From Podarcis tiliguerta (taxonomy: Eukaryota): DNA of 64,000 nt. A program made the translations under genes and the position numbers. The notes under the pieces were generated by a model. That model saw only the letters and a program-made list of their open reading frames with translations, made no database searches and was not told the origin of the DNA. Where the stretch lies: assembly GCA_965153285.1 (NCBI GenBank), contig OZ229111.1; one strand, 5' to 3'. The number at the start of each line of letters is the position of its first letter. Position 1 is the stretch's first letter. Of the stretch, positions 1 through 12,330 are shown one piece after another.

Positions 1-1054
1 CCTTCCTGCTTGGGCGTGGGAAGAGATAGCTATGCTGCTGATCATGGTTTTAAATAAAGAATTGAGTTTTGTCAATTCTAGCTTTGTGCAGGGTTGGGGA
101 CCTTGCAGCCGTAAATGAAATAAAAACTTGTAATAATAAATCTAAGTAGAGTGACACCCTGATTCAAATCTCACCTCTGCCATTAAGTCACTGCATGGCC
201 TTTGGAAAATCTCTCTCCGTCTCATGACTTATCCTACAGGGTTGCTGTAAGGATTAAAACAACACGTGAATTTGTATCACTGTATATGTTTGTGCTATAT
301 CTTCCTTTGCCTACATTTCTTCTTTGCTGCACTTCTTGCTTTGGCTTTTGTTTCCTTGTGGGGCCTAGTTTAAGCTACTATAGTTTTTGTTTACAAATCT
401 CTTTGTCCTTCCCTTTATCTACATCTTCTTCTCTTTCTGTCTATTTACTCTCACCATCACCTCTGCCCCAGTTTGCTTCCTCTATGTCACACTCTTCTTG
501 TTCTTTCTCTCTGGCTGCCCCTTTTCTCTGACACTCACTGCCTCCCTCACATCTGCCATTTTCCTTTCTTGTCCTTGTTTACACTACATATGAAAATGCA
601 CCTCTTCCCTTGAGCCTTTGTCCTTCAGTCTCTGCCTCTCCTTTCCTCTCCCCCGCCATTCCTTTTCTGTTCTTTCACCTGTCCTCAAGGTGTTGACATG
701 TAGATAATAAGCTTGATAGCAGGCAGAGCCCATTTCTTTCATACTGGGCAGGACCTAGCTTGCTGAAGGACTTTATATACAATAAACATTATTAGTATTA
801 CATGAAAGGTGTGCCAACTCAGAAGCAGAACCTTTTTTTGAAGACAGAAAAAGAATACTCAGACAGCTGATGGACCTCCTGCCCTTTCCCACCACCTGTC
901 CATGGCCATAAAACAATAGAAATACTTAACTAACTGACCAATCACATTGGTTCTGCCCCCCCCAACAAAAGTCCTGCCCTCCCCACAAAAATCCTGGCTA
1001 CGCCCATGCACCTGTCTTTTAATCTTTGCCCATATTCTCACTGGTCTTCTGTCA

Positions 1055-1430
1055 CCCTGGTGTGGTGTTGTGGTCCAATTACTTAGCCATGAAGTTTGCT
1101 AAGTGATGTTGGGCCACAGTACACAGTACTGTTTACTCTGCATCCGGTGTGCTCCCCACCAGGAAGCATGGTACACATTAGCCATAATCCATATCTATCC
1201 CGAAATTACCGGTACTTAGTAAATACTTTGATGCATTTCCCCCCAAACTAGCTTCGATATGAATTGAGATAAAGAATGACTTAGCTGCGTTTTAAGCCCG
1301 TAACGTGTACACAGCCATTGTCTCTCAGCCTAACCTACCTCACAGGTTTTTGCAAGGATAAAACGGGCAGGGGTGAGAACTACGCATGCCACCTTGAGCT
1401 CCTTGGAAAAACAGTGGGGTATGAATGTCG
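1055..1430 (+). mobile_element. Old MIR/CORE-like SINE interrupted by an insertion
   Basis: Core motif ttgggcc...tctctcagcctaacctacctcacagg...aaggataaaa, split between 1115 and 1320. A related decayed copy lies at about 150-260. Confidence 0.55.
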
Positions 1431-1595
1431 TTATTACTGGGAAGAGAGGGGGTGGGGGAATTGATTAGTGGAGCAATGGGACAGATGGCAGCACCCTCTC
1501 TTGCCCAAGGTTGGAGACCTCCACTTCCAAGTCATGACCAGACAGACCTTATTATAGAGCCACAGGCTCCAGGTAGTATGGGATTCTTGCCTAAG

Positions 1596-2154
1596 TGTTA
1601 TGTACTGAGTTGAATAGGATCCAAACTGCAGCAGTCTGATTGGTCCTAGAACAATGCAGCAGTATGATTGGTCAGCAGGAGCCACCCAATCCAGCTCCAG
1701 ATAGAAGTGAATCCACAACCTGATTGGCCTACAGGAGAATTCCGGAATTAGCCAATCACGTGCAGCCCATTGTGTAAATAATGTATATAAAGCAGATACT
1801 TTGAGGGGACTTTCATTCCCTCCTCACCACTATGAGCTGAATAAAGAGCATGAAATCCACTCTTGACTCTGAGTATATTTCACTGGCGACGAAGGTGGGA
1901 TCCCACTGAGCTGACCGCCACACACAGCACCGCAGCACCGCCACCTGCCACACCGCTGCCTCGCACCGTGTATCCAGGCTTCAGCTCCGGGACCCAAGGA
2001 ACTCAGAATGGCAACCGACAGCAGCTTCTCGCCGTTCAACCCAGCATCCAGAGACTGGGAAGCGTATGCCTCCCGTTTCACCTTCCTCCTAGAAGCCAAA
2101 GGGGTCACCGATGAAGAAGACGCCAAGAAGAGGGCGATATTCTTCAGCGTTTCA
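1596..2154 (+). mobile_element. Internally deleted Ty3/Gypsy LTR retrotransposon (5' LTR + PBS + gag N-terminus)
   Basis: LTR 1596-1882 (TGTTATGTAC...GTATATTTCA) with five CCAAT boxes, TATATAAA at 1784-1791 and AATAAA at 1840-1845. PBS TGGCGACGAAGGTGGGAT at 1884-1901 is complementary to a tRNA-Ser(GCT)-type 3' end. ORF at 2008, MATDSSFSPFNPASRDWEAYASRFTFLLEAKGVTDEEDAKKRAIFFSV, resembles a Gypsy gag N-terminus. 5-bp TSD CTAAG at 1591-1595 and 2155-2159. Confidence 0.9.
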
Positions 2155-4069
2155 CTAAGAATCACAATGGAGGAAGATGAGCTTCCATGCAGCAGCACAT
2201 TAGAAACGCACTCCTAGCTCAGCAATGCTGATACATATCTACCCTGCCAAAGGTCATTGCGGGAAGGGAAACTCAACTACTCTCTGGTGAAGGAGCTCTT
2301 GGCTGCTTGAACTGCTCAGCATATGCAACTACCTCTCCTGCTCAGTTGAGAATTAACTCCAGCTCTTCCCACCCCCACTTTACCACCAGAACCCAGTCCT
2401 TTGTGGCACCATTAGCGATAATGGCTCCATAGCTGCTGAGTGCTTTAATAATGGGATTGTGGTTGACTGTGGAAGGCCTCTAGGGTGTGTTCCCAGCACC
2501 CACCCCTCCGCTCTCTGAAGAGGAAGCAGGATAAAATTTGCCAGCTCTTCAAATGCCCCTCAGCTCTGCCTCTTACTCCACATATACTGCAGCCTGAGCC
2601 ATACAAAAAAATCTCAAAGTGACTTCTAGATCAATAAAAAAATCCATGTACAAATATTTAAAAATAAATACATACAATCTAAGAAGTTGTATTACACTTG
2701 TGGTTTAATATACTTGTGGTTGTGTTATTTTTTGTGATGATAGACTGCTCTGCCTCCTTTCTTTTAGCAAATGTTTTGTGCCACTGGGGAAGTGGTAATT
2801 CTGTATTGATTTGTTTGGATGTTGTATGTGATGCCAATAAAAGGTTTGATGATGATGATGTGTTATTTTTGTGCTTCGGCAATGAAGTCTCTCCATCAAC
2901 AGTTCTCCATCAAGAACATGACAGGGTTTTGGGCAGTGCAGCTCTCTGGCCTTGTTCCCCCTAGCAGCAGGAGAGCAATGGCGAGCTTCCCAGGAGTTGT
3001 TAAAGGCTTTCCTGGAACTCAGAGTGACAGAAATTGGGCAAGCCCTTTCTCTCAATGACTCCTGCCTTCCTTCTAGAGGCACAGGGATTCCCTATGGCCA
3101 TTGAGGAAGGGAAACAGGATAAGGCAAGAGGACATGTATCCCACTTTCTCCACTTGTAGAACAAGTCCTAGTCTATAGATGGAGATTGTAGACTGAATTT
3201 ACCGTAGTCTTCTAGGTGCTTGTAGGTATTAGGTTACTTCTAGGATTCTGGGATGAAGAAGCAATAAAAAGTCACTGTAAAAACAAAAAGTGCCTCATTC
3301 TGAATTTCAATTTTAAAAAATTTTAAATAGAGCATTTTCCCTCTCCAGATGAAGCAGTTTTGATTCAAAGTGCAGCATCCCATGAAAAATGAAGCATTTC
3401 CCCTTCTGCAGATACTTCCAAGGGGTTCTCTGTAGCCACGGATCAGTTACAGCAAGCCTCTTAAAGACGAATGCCTCCAGTCAGCTGACTAATGCTGAAA
3501 GTGCATTTTCAAAGGAGGTTGTTGTAACCTCCAGTTAGCTGCTCAGCAGTTACAGTTACCTCCTTTGAACTTTGACAAGTGTCACTAACCTGATCTCTGG
3601 TGATTAACAAGTGGGTGGTCCTGACCATCTGTCAAAGCTGAACCATGTGGGTGAGGAATTTTTGAATTCACCCTGCGAACAGGATCCTGTTCATTCCTGC
3701 CTTAAGGCAAGATAGAAAAAAGGTGCCATTTTATTTGGGAGCTTTTTCTCTTTACATCCATTTTAAGAAGATGCAATATGACACAGACTTCAAACCATAT
3801 AAATCCTTTGCAATGGTAAATGTGTTTATAAATGCCATACATTTTTGTATTTTTTGCATTGTTACTGTATTTCACAATCTGTAACTATTGAAAATAACTA
3901 GTTTTACCAGCAAAATAGAAACATAACGAAAGACTAGTCATGTCTATTTGGACGAGGGCTTGCCTTCATTCTAAACTTACAGATTTAATACAAAAGCAGC
4001 ATAATACTCCAGTACTTTCTTCTAACAAAGAATTGTCCCTCATAGGAGTGCCTATGGAGCTTCCCACTG

Positions 4070-4212
4070 CAGGAGTGGGGAACCTGTGGCCTTCTTGATG
4101 CCATTGGATTCCAACTTCCATCAGCCCCTGTCAGCATGTCCAATGGTCGGAGGTGATGGGTCTTATAATCTGGCAACATCGGGGTGGGGGGATGGCAAAT
4201 TCCCCACTCCTG
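4070..4212. mobile_element. Decayed palindromic hAT MITE (same family as 18468-18603)
   Basis: TIRs CAGGAGTGGGGA / TCCCCACTCCTG; internal ccaacttccatca...gatggg arms. Confidence 0.7.
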
Positions 4213-5310
4213 GCCTATCTCTTGAGGAAGGGGGGAGCAGTGAGGAGTTGCTGCCTCCAGTCTAGTGCTACTGAGTACCATTTCTTCATGACCCAAAGAG
4301 AGCGCCATTTGCCTGGTCAGGAACACCAGTTTGAGAATAGTTCCTTTTTCCGAGACCTTGGCCTCCAGCTAAGTACACCAGCTAAGCACTCCTTAAGGCC
4401 CGCTCTCCTCTTGGCCCTCACCCTCTTGTTTTTTTCCTGGCCTTTTATTCATCTCCAGACAAAACACTCCTCCGCTTAGCAACTAAGGTTGCAGGCAGAA
4501 TTGGTTTGTTTATATTATTAATAATAAACTGCCTCAGACACAAACCAAACAACATAATATGGTATTGGGTTCCAGGCCAGACCTCTATCACTACAGAATC
4601 AAAGTGGAAAGCAAATGCATTGGGGCGGGCAGGCAGTGATACTTTGCTTCATGAATCATTAAATCTTTACATTCCTGATGTTTAACCATTTCTCTCAAAA
4701 CTACTTGTGCTAAAGATTTGCCATGTAAGAGATTATTTACAACCACCACCAACCCCCACAGATTCTTGGCATACAGGTATTCCAAGAGGTAAGAACAAAA
4801 CACAGACCCAGTTTACAGAGCTTCCCCACTAGGTTGCAAGACTGGCCCTATTGTTAGGCAGAGTGAGGTCAGGCAGCAGATGCTGAGAGGCAGGCAGCAG
4901 CAGTGAGATGTGGGGAGGTAGATCGGTGTGTGCCACCCCCTAAACTAGCCCATCAGATGCTGTTGACAATGCTGTTCCATTACCAGTGTTGAATTAAGAT
5001 TCAAATGCTAATCCAGTTCAATTCAATCCATGGATTGATGGGTGCCCTCCTTTACTACTGGAAGCAAAATGTTTTGGGCTAGGTACCCTTGAAGAAATTC
5101 CTGCTAACCACTGGTGACTTCTGTTACCATGCCTTTCTTACGACGTCCAGAGGCATATATTATTGTCTCTTTTCACTGTTCATCAAACATGGTGACTTCT
5201 CTGATACCGAAAGCAAGTGCAATAGAGCAGGCACAACAAACCAAAGTGGGGGAAACCGTATTACCCACTCCCTCTTAAGACATCTCTTACACAGGGCTCA
5301 TACACACATA

Positions 5311-5311
5311 C

Positions 5312-5366
<55 letters not shown>
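5311..5366. repeat. Compound (GT)n(GA)n microsatellite
   Basis: Read directly from the sequence. Confidence 0.95.
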
Positions 5367-5368
<2 letters not shown>

Positions 5369-6109
5369 CACTGGTATGGAGTACTAGCACATCCATAAGC
5401 ACTGCTTACACATATTTAACTGAATTACTCAAGATTAGATAACACAGCTGCTTGTATGAAGTTACTCTGCTGAAAGGCAAAGTGTGATATAAGGTGAAAA
5501 TAAAGTTCTAGCTGTGGTATTAGGCAAGTCACCACTTGATGCTGCAATCCTCCAGGGGTGACCATGCCTGCAGAAACCAGCTGGTTTCCAAAGTGGTCAA
5601 TACTGACCCATTGGGATTGATGGGAGTGTGCAGGGAGTGAATAAAGACCTGGGAATCAAAGCAGGCCTTGGGTGGAAAATAAATTTACAAGGTATAGTGC
5701 AAAAACACACACCAACAACTAGGAACTAGGAACCTTAGAAATAAAAGGCATGAACATGTACAGAGGTATATGGTATCATTATTATTTTCTCTTGGTTTTC
5801 TTCCTTGCTTTTTACATGTTATGGTTCCTAGGAATGGTAGTTGCTAATTAATAAATGCAGATTGTATATTCCTGTTTATTGACTTTATTTCATTTACATT
5901 CCTAAGAATTTGGGTTGGGGTCAATTACAACTTTAAATAAACTCAGAAGTTTGGGAAACTTGAGCATACACACACAATGTTTGTCCCTATATTCCCAGTT
6001 CTATAGTAATCAGATAAACTGATTATAACAAATTTGCGTGTTTATAGTAAGAGCAGTCCATTGTTAGTAGCAGTCAGCCCACAGTTATAGATTCAGAATT
6101 TGCACAAAC

Positions 6110-6264
6110 TAGGGTTGCCATATAGCTGGAATTTCCCAGACATAGCTGGTATTCAGCCCTCGTAAACAGCATCCGGGCAGAAATTGAGTTTTTCTGAGAT
6201 TTTACAAAAAAAGTTCAACAACTTTGGGAATCCCCACCCCCTTTTTAGGAATATGGCAACCTTA
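6110..6264. mobile_element. Non-autonomous DNA transposon (TAGGGTTGCCA-type TIR, hAT-like)
   Basis: TAGGGTTGCCATAT ... ATATGGCAACCTTA terminal inverted repeats. Confidence 0.7.
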
Positions 6265-7205
6265 GCGCGTGCACACACATACACACAGAGCACTTTTATC
6301 CTCAGTTGACATCCAGTGCTGACAGGAGGAAAGTGGCAAGTGGGGGGGAGACATCTGCACTCCTCACCCATGGATTCCTTCAGCAGTTAAGAGTTGACTC
6401 CCTGCCCCTGTTTCTACAAGATTAGGAACAACCTGCCAATTTCCTTACGGGGTACAGATTAGAAAGTGTGAGAGAGGATAAGATACTGCAATATATTTGG
6501 GTGTTTCAGCTAAAGGTATCAGTATATGCAAACGTTTGCAGTTATATTCAACACAAGTCCTAAGAACTGAAATTCAGGACCAGATTTAAACAACAGTGGA
6601 TTAACAAGAGATTCTTAGCTTCATGAATCATTAAAACAATGGCAAGCACCCGATGTTTAACTTTTTCCGAACTGTTTGCTCTAAGGATGTACTTATGTGT
6701 GGAAATATTTGCATATATTTTATATCTTCCCTAGTAATCAAGCTGCAGTGAATTTTTGCTAAATGTGTGGATGCACGGATGATTAAATGTGTATGGTTAC
6801 ATAGCTGCAGCACAGTGTAATTATTTACTGTGACACCTGAAAAATGAAGGGTTTGATGTAACTTGAAACCTCATATTGTTGTATCCCAACAGCAGTAGGT
6901 CAAAATTTGAAAGAAACCAGAGCAGCTCATTCCTTTATACCCTTTATATTTTGGCGCATGTTCAGGGATAATCTTGTCATGCCAATAAAATATTTTGTGT
7001 GTTTTGTTCAGTAATGTGAAGGAGAATCAGAGGAAAGAAGTGGGTTATAGATTGGGAGCTCTCAGTTTTGCCTGTTCTGCTTCTCACAACATGAATAAAA
7101 TAATATTAACCTAACCCTCTTTTCACTACATGCAGATAAAACAAGCTCTCTATTGCACAATTGCATTGTTTGCTAGCAGAGAAGACCTAATGCTTCCTTC
7201 TACTA

Positions 7206-7893
7206 CAGGGTTTGCCAACTGTTTGGGGCCAGTGGGTACATTTGGAAGGTTGGGTGGCAGCCACAAAATGGCTGCCATGACATAACACAAAATGGTTGCC
7301 ACTTATAAAAGAGCAGAAAAAGAGGCAGGAACACTAACTAGTGAATGTAGGGCTGCCATATGTCAGAAAACAGCCAGGATTTGGCCATCAGAAACAGGGC
7401 AAAATTGCTTTTTAAAACGTGTGAGTAAATCCAGATGTATGGCAGCCCATGTTGGAAGTGTAGATTTTGGTGAATTTCCTAAAAAAAATAGCTTACAAAC
7501 TAAATTCCCCCCTCAAGATTTTGCAAAGAGAAGCTCAACTTTTGTGCCCAGATTTTCACTTCTTGAAATATGGCAACCCTCAGTGGGGGGAGGCACCTAC
7601 ACCAGCCATCGCCATGTTCACTCACAGAGAGAAGCTCTTTTCACCTCTTGGTTCAGAACAGATGCATGGGTGGGTATTCAGTCCTGGCATCCAGTCAAAT
7701 GTGGGCATGTTGAAGAGGGCATGTTTAATGTAGGAGAAACTGAGCCAGTGCAAACAGGAGCTGAGTAGAAAGAGAAAACAGTTTCTCATATACTGTGGAT
7801 TTTTCATGGAATGTTTACTAAGACTTTCACGGGCACCATAGCAGGTACCGTTGGACACACGTACACCTGCATGTGCCACATTGCTGACCCCTG
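7206..7893. mobile_element. hAT-like element with a nested TAGGG-type MITE (7348-7581)
   Basis: Outer ends CAGGGTTTGCCAA / TTGCTGACCCCTG; its 5' part resembles 26481-26580. Inner TIRs TAGGGCTGCCATAT / ATATGGCAACCCTC. Confidence 0.55.
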
Positions 7894-9139
7894 CTTTATT
7901 GGATTAGCAATAATACTTCAGCACTTTTCAAATGCCCCCCTCCCCAGCCATCCCAGGGACCTCAATGTGGAACTGGTTCCTCTCTGAAAAGACTCAAGAA
8001 ACTTTGCTGCCTGAGGTAGATTAACAAATGCGGCTTCCCTCCCTAAGGCAAAGGGCATGGTATACAGGGCTGGCCAAGTTATTGTGGCACCTGAAGTAGA
8101 AAAGCTCACAAGTACTTCTCCCTGGGAGTAAAAATACAATAATAATCATTTAAACACCTCACATTTTGCAGCCTTTTCATGACAACCAAAATAGCTGCCT
8201 GAGGCAGCCACCTCACTCTTCCTAATGGTAGGACTGGGCCTGTCTCCTCTTGGGGCCCTTTGTGTTTGATATTCTTCATTACTGCTTTGTCCTAGAGGAT
8301 CTTTGTGTATTTTTTTAAAAAAGGTCTAGGTATTTATGTAGCCCTGAGCTGATAAGTTCTGCCAGTTCACTTGCCTATATTGAAACCCAAAGCGCTACTA
8401 CCTGTGTACAAAGATATTGCCAGGCCAATATCGTGCACAGCCACAAAAACGTTCCCCCCACCTTCAACGTCCATTCTGCGGAAGACTGGTTAATGCTAGT
8501 TAATATTTGGTATAGTCTTCTAATATTATAGTAAAGCGATAGCCTGGGCACCACCAACCCAAAGATCTGCTGTATCTCAATCCTTCCCTTCCTTCAACGT
8601 CCACTCAGAGGAGCTAACCAAGGACTGTTTTGTTTCTGTTGGGGTCTGTGAGGCAATTTGCAACGAAAGAGGCTTATACATTGCTTAACAAGAGGCTTGT
8701 GCAAACACTTTCTCCTGTGCCCCTGTTGTGTTGACAGGACAGTGAGAAAGCATCATCCTTCTCCCAAGGGAACGAAGCAGCTAAAATCCTGCTAGAGACA
8801 GCATACCTCTTCCTGGGCCTGAGGAATCATGTTGGCATGTGGAACAAACACAGGGAACAGAGAGCATGTAAAAGCAGGGGAAAACATGAGTCCCTTTCCT
8901 GATTTCACACAGCCTTTGCTACCACCAGCCAGCTATTCTGAAGAGGGTTGTCTCTGTGTCCATACAGCAGCAGGCCAGACAGTGTGGTGGGGAGGTTTGA
9001 AAAGGATTAGATAAAGGGAATATTCACAACTTCATCATGGCCTTCCAATTCTGTGAGAATAACTAAGGGCAGGAACAGGAACAGCACATCCCATTTTGCT
9101 GCTCCTGCTCCCCCGCCGCTCGCGCCACAGCTCTCTTAC

Positions 9140-9340
9140 CTGCATGATGCAGCAGTGCCCACAAAGCACCAGCAGCGGTGCCAGCTTCAGGCAAGATCGG
9201 AAACCAGTGCCACTTTTCCACTGGCAGCAGATGCAGCAGGGAGCGGGAAGGTGCAGCAGAGGCAATGTGGGTGCTGCTTCTTGGGCTTCTGCTGCTCGAG
9301 GCAGATGCCTCACCTTGCCTCTTCAGAGGGCCTGGCCTAG
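9140..9340 (-). other. Candidate non-coding first exon of a downstream minus-strand gene (PTGER1 by synteny, unverified)
   Basis: Local GC/CpG-rich patch with consensus donor CAG|GTAAGA at 9140/9139. No GPCR coding sequence lies inside the window. Confidence 0.35.
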
Positions 9341-9816
9341 ACAGGAATTTCATTTCTCTCAGGACCCAGGATAGGGCAAAATTTGCCTTTCTGCTTCTGC
9401 ATCTTGGCAGTGATTTGTATTGTGTTTCATTCCAACAAAACTCCTTGGTCCCTCTGGCAATTGAGGACAGTGATTATTTGGGAGGTTGGGGAAGTGGGAT
9501 AGGATTCCCAGCACAACAGAATAAAAATCCTTCTTCTGCATTATAGGTTTTCCAAGCAGGCTTCATGCTGTTTTCTCTTCCGTGCAGTACTTGAATCCCA
9601 TCCAGGAATGAGGCAAAATTATTCTGTAATTTACTTTTGTGCCAAGAGTGCCAGCTCTGAACGTATTCCAGGGGTCCATTAATGCAAGCTTTATTTGCTT
9701 CTGTCAAGGGCACTTCAGAGCTGATGCCACATAAACATTGTGCTGCGGGCGATCCCCGGCCCCATCATGAAATCTGGCTCAGAAGAGAGGAAGGAATTAG
9801 AGTACAGGCCAGGCAC

Positions 9817-9897
9817 CTTTCTTTTCTTTTCTTTTCTTTTCTTTTCTTTTCTTTTCTTTTCTTTTCTTTTCTTTTCTTTTCTTTTCTTTTCTTTTTT
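9817..9897. repeat. (TTTTC)n pentanucleotide microsatellite
   Basis: Read directly; it explains the K/R-rich and F/S/L-rich spurious ORFs at 9682-9967. Confidence 0.97.
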
Positions 9898-9971
9898 GTG
9901 CAGGAATCCTTTGCTAAGAGAAGTTTTTACCACTGATGCAGCAATCCTTCATTCAACCCCCAACTAAAATA

Positions 9972-10070
9972 ATATAAGGACATAGAAAAGAGCCTGCTGG
10001 ATCAAGCCAATGGCCCATCTAAGTCCAACATCCTGTTCTCACAGTAGCTAACCAGATGCCTCTGGGAATC
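9972..10070 (-). mobile_element. CR1 LINE 3' end fragment
   Basis: ataagaacatagaaaagagcctgctggatca...ggcccatctaagtccaacatcctgttctcacagt...cagatgcc resembles the reverse 3' end of squamate CR1. Related decayed copies at about 50430-50810 and 56140-56360. Confidence 0.65.
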
Positions 10071-10168
10071 CTCTAGACTAGAGACTTTTAACCTCTTGAT
10101 CTCTATGGATGTTTACTTTGATTTATTGATTGCTATTAGTATCTACTCACTATAGCACTGCTATAGCC

Positions 10169-10510
10169 TAGGGTGGCCATGTGTCCTCCTTTTCAAAGGA
10201 CAGTCCACTATTTGAAGGACAAGACAGAGGTCAGTCCTCTGTGGAACAGTGCCCTCTATTTGAAGTGCTGTCCAGTCCAAGAACCCTAAGAAGGGAGAGC
10301 ACCAGGGGACATGAAATTGCCAATCAAGCCCCTTAGACAGCAGACTAATCACGGACATGGGTCTTTCTCACAGCCTTCCCCACTATGGTCAGATATATTG
10401 TGTTATATTTAATTCATAGCAATTATTTCTAAATTTGCATCTATACAAATTTTATGCAAATCGCCACCTCTTTTGCCTTGTTTTCTGGTGATTTCTAAAT
10501 GGCCACCCCT
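10169..10510. mobile_element. Non-autonomous DNA transposon (TAGGGTGGCCA TIR)
   Basis: TAGGGTGGCCATGTGTCCTC ... AAATGGCCACCCCT. Confidence 0.6.
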
Positions 10511-12169
10511 CATGCAGCACCCAAAAGCAGGAATGAGTAGGGTTGCTCCAGCAAGGCTTGATGAAGTTATATGGTAGTCAATTACAACTTTTTAAAAAAG
10601 GAATGAGTATGTCAAGATCAAGACCTTAAAAGCAGAGGGAAAGTGAAAACAGCAAAAGGCGGAAGGATGGGCAACTAATGGTGAAATGGAACTGGAGGCA
10701 GCAGGAAATCACAGCCACCCCCATTAAAAGATATTGATCTTCATGGAAACTCGGACAAACGGTGGTTAGGAAAGATCGTTCCATCCATTACATTCCAGAG
10801 TAAAGTTCTGTTCGCAGCAGCAGCACTCCCTGTTACAATCTTTAACTATCTGTTTCTTTGCACATTGTTGACCTGTGGTGGAGCATGCTTTCAGAGATTT
10901 GCTTACGTAGATACTTCCTCCTCTCAAGGTTATTGGGTTGTTCCTTGAGTTTCTGAGTAGAGCTATATTTGATTGCACACAATCAGCCGCTGAAGGGTGC
11001 ACATTAAAAAAGAGAGAGAGAGGAAGAAATTGAACTTTCTTTATGCTGTTGCAAAGTAGCCAATTGCCTTAAAGGAGAATATTCGTTGCCTGGGAGACTC
11101 AGGGCCTTCTTGGCATGACAGTATAAGTCCAGAAGGACCCTGGCAGGGCCCCTTAGCCAGCTTAGCCCTCCAAGGCCCACGGCAAGTGTACCTAGTTGCC
11201 TCCCACCTCTGCATGGAAAGGAGAACCTCTGGCCTTCCACATATTGCTGGACTGACTACAACTCCCATAATCCCTGATCATTGGCTAGGTCTGTCCTCCA
11301 AGACCAGCTTTCCAAATAATAGTCAGGGCAAATGCATAGCTCCATCCTGAGGCAGATGTGAATGCGCAGAGCTTTTTTGCACACAGGATTTTTGGACTGA
11401 GCCATACATAATTACTGAGGATCCAGAGCCTTAACAAACATACCACTGTTGAGTTGTTGTTTTTTTTGTTCTATCTGCATAGCATATATACAGTTTTATA
11501 CCAGGAGTGGGAACCTGTGGCCTTCTAGACATTGCTGGACCCCAACTGCCATAACTCCAGCTGAAAAGACCACCAGCTCCTTATTCTTAATTTATATATT
11601 AGTTCTGAAAACTAAAACTACCGAACAGACGTGATGCTCAACAGTGCAAATCTTTGCTCAAACTTTCATTTTCCCATAAACAGCCCTTTCTCTGTTTCCT
11701 TTCCAACTCCACAGCTTAATCCTCGCAGCTTCATTTAGTACATACTAGAAATGTTGATGTTTCCCTGTGGATTTCAAGAATTAATACATAGTTAATGTCT
11801 TTTCTGGCTGTGTTAGCAGCTTGATAGACAGCAGGTGTCTATCTGTAAATATCTGTAAATATACTGTTTGGAAGAGTGAAAATCACAGAAGGGTTTGAGA
11901 CACCTTAGACAGGCTTCCTTATCACATTTGTGTAGAGTAGAGAATAAAGCAATGCCTAGCATGAAAGAGAGTGTAAACATGTCAAGACACTCTTGGTAAG
12001 TCATGTGGTTCCATGTAATCATTTCTTAAATGTCTTAAAAAGGGCTGCACTGACTGTAGTTTGTCTTCATTTAGTACGTCACTGCCAGATCTACCTGATT
12101 CCTTGTGCTGCTCTGTCCTAAGTGGATCATCTAATATATTCTAAAGACAGATTTGTCAGTTGCTGCAAG

Positions 12170-12330
12170 GCAGGAGCTGTAGTTCAGCGACAGAGCCCAT
12201 GTGTTGCATGTAGAAGACCTCTGGATCAAGCCCCAGCATTCCCTGATAAACAGACAAGGAAAGATTTCTGCCAAGATCCCAGCGAGCTAGCATTAGGAGT
12301 AATAGCAGGACTCTGTGTAAGGCAACAGCT
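12170..12330 (+). mobile_element. Decayed tRNA-head SINE
   Basis: A-box-like gctgtagttcagcgacagagc and a B-box-like segment. Same family at 53150-53325 (+), about 12990-13170 (-) and about 38540-38680 (-). Confidence 0.55.

Noticed and set aside
202-700. Hydrophobic ORFs that look like membrane proteins (possible PTGER1 fragment)
   Set aside because: They arise from a CT-rich low-complexity tract and have no GPCR motifs.
9035-9546. Five overlapping ORFs, including a signal-peptide-like MWVLLLGLLLLEADA
   Set aside because: GC-rich DNA with CAG/CTG runs depletes stops in all frames; no recognisable protein or downstream exon.
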